A stretch of 64,000 nt of DNA from Podarcis liolepis (taxonomy: Eukaryota): NCBI GenBank assembly GCA_965112155.1, contig OZ218099.1, one strand, 5' to 3'. A program made the position numbers and the translations under genes. Shown here one piece after another: positions 63,926 to 64,000 of this stretch; position 1 is the first letter of the stretch, and each line of letters starts with the position of its first letter. The notes beneath the pieces are model-generated. The model worked only from the letters and a program-made list of their open reading frames with translations. It was not told the origin of the DNA and did not search any database.

Positions 63926-64000
63926 CTCTAGAGGAAAGCTAGCTCTTTATTTGAGCCAGGAAATATGGCTGTTGAAGAGCTGATTATATACATCCAAACA

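Overview
Vertebrate nuclear DNA, AT-rich with three CpG islands. It is almost certainly from a squamate reptile, probably a lacertid lizard, judged from Sauria SINEs and lizard-type L2/CR1/hAT/mariner repeats. Four spliced genes lie in tandem on the + strand, in the order I recognise from the human 5q31 block. (1) The 3' part of DDX46 (Prp5 DEAD-box helicase): last 12 coding exons, 544 aa in window, with one GC-AG intron. (2) C5orf24: non-coding first exon in a CpG island, a single 188-aa coding exon with AT-hook-like repeats, and a ~4 kb 3'UTR. (3) Complete TXNDC15: 5 exons, ~351 aa, CxxS thioredoxin plus C-terminal TM. (4) The first two exons of PCBD2. Introns and spacers carry many small transposon copies. 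No novel protein-coding system was found. The most interesting signals are non-coding: Penelope-derived minimal hammerhead-ribozyme remnants (one copy ends 1 nt from the predicted cleavage site), an RFX X-box in the ciliopathy gene TXNDC15, a NAGNAGNAG acceptor, a one-ended hAT element flanked by its apparent TSD, a MITE supplying ACTACA-type motifs next to the PCBD2 promoter, and a strong CTCF site. Gene identities come from recalled protein similarity, not from a database search.
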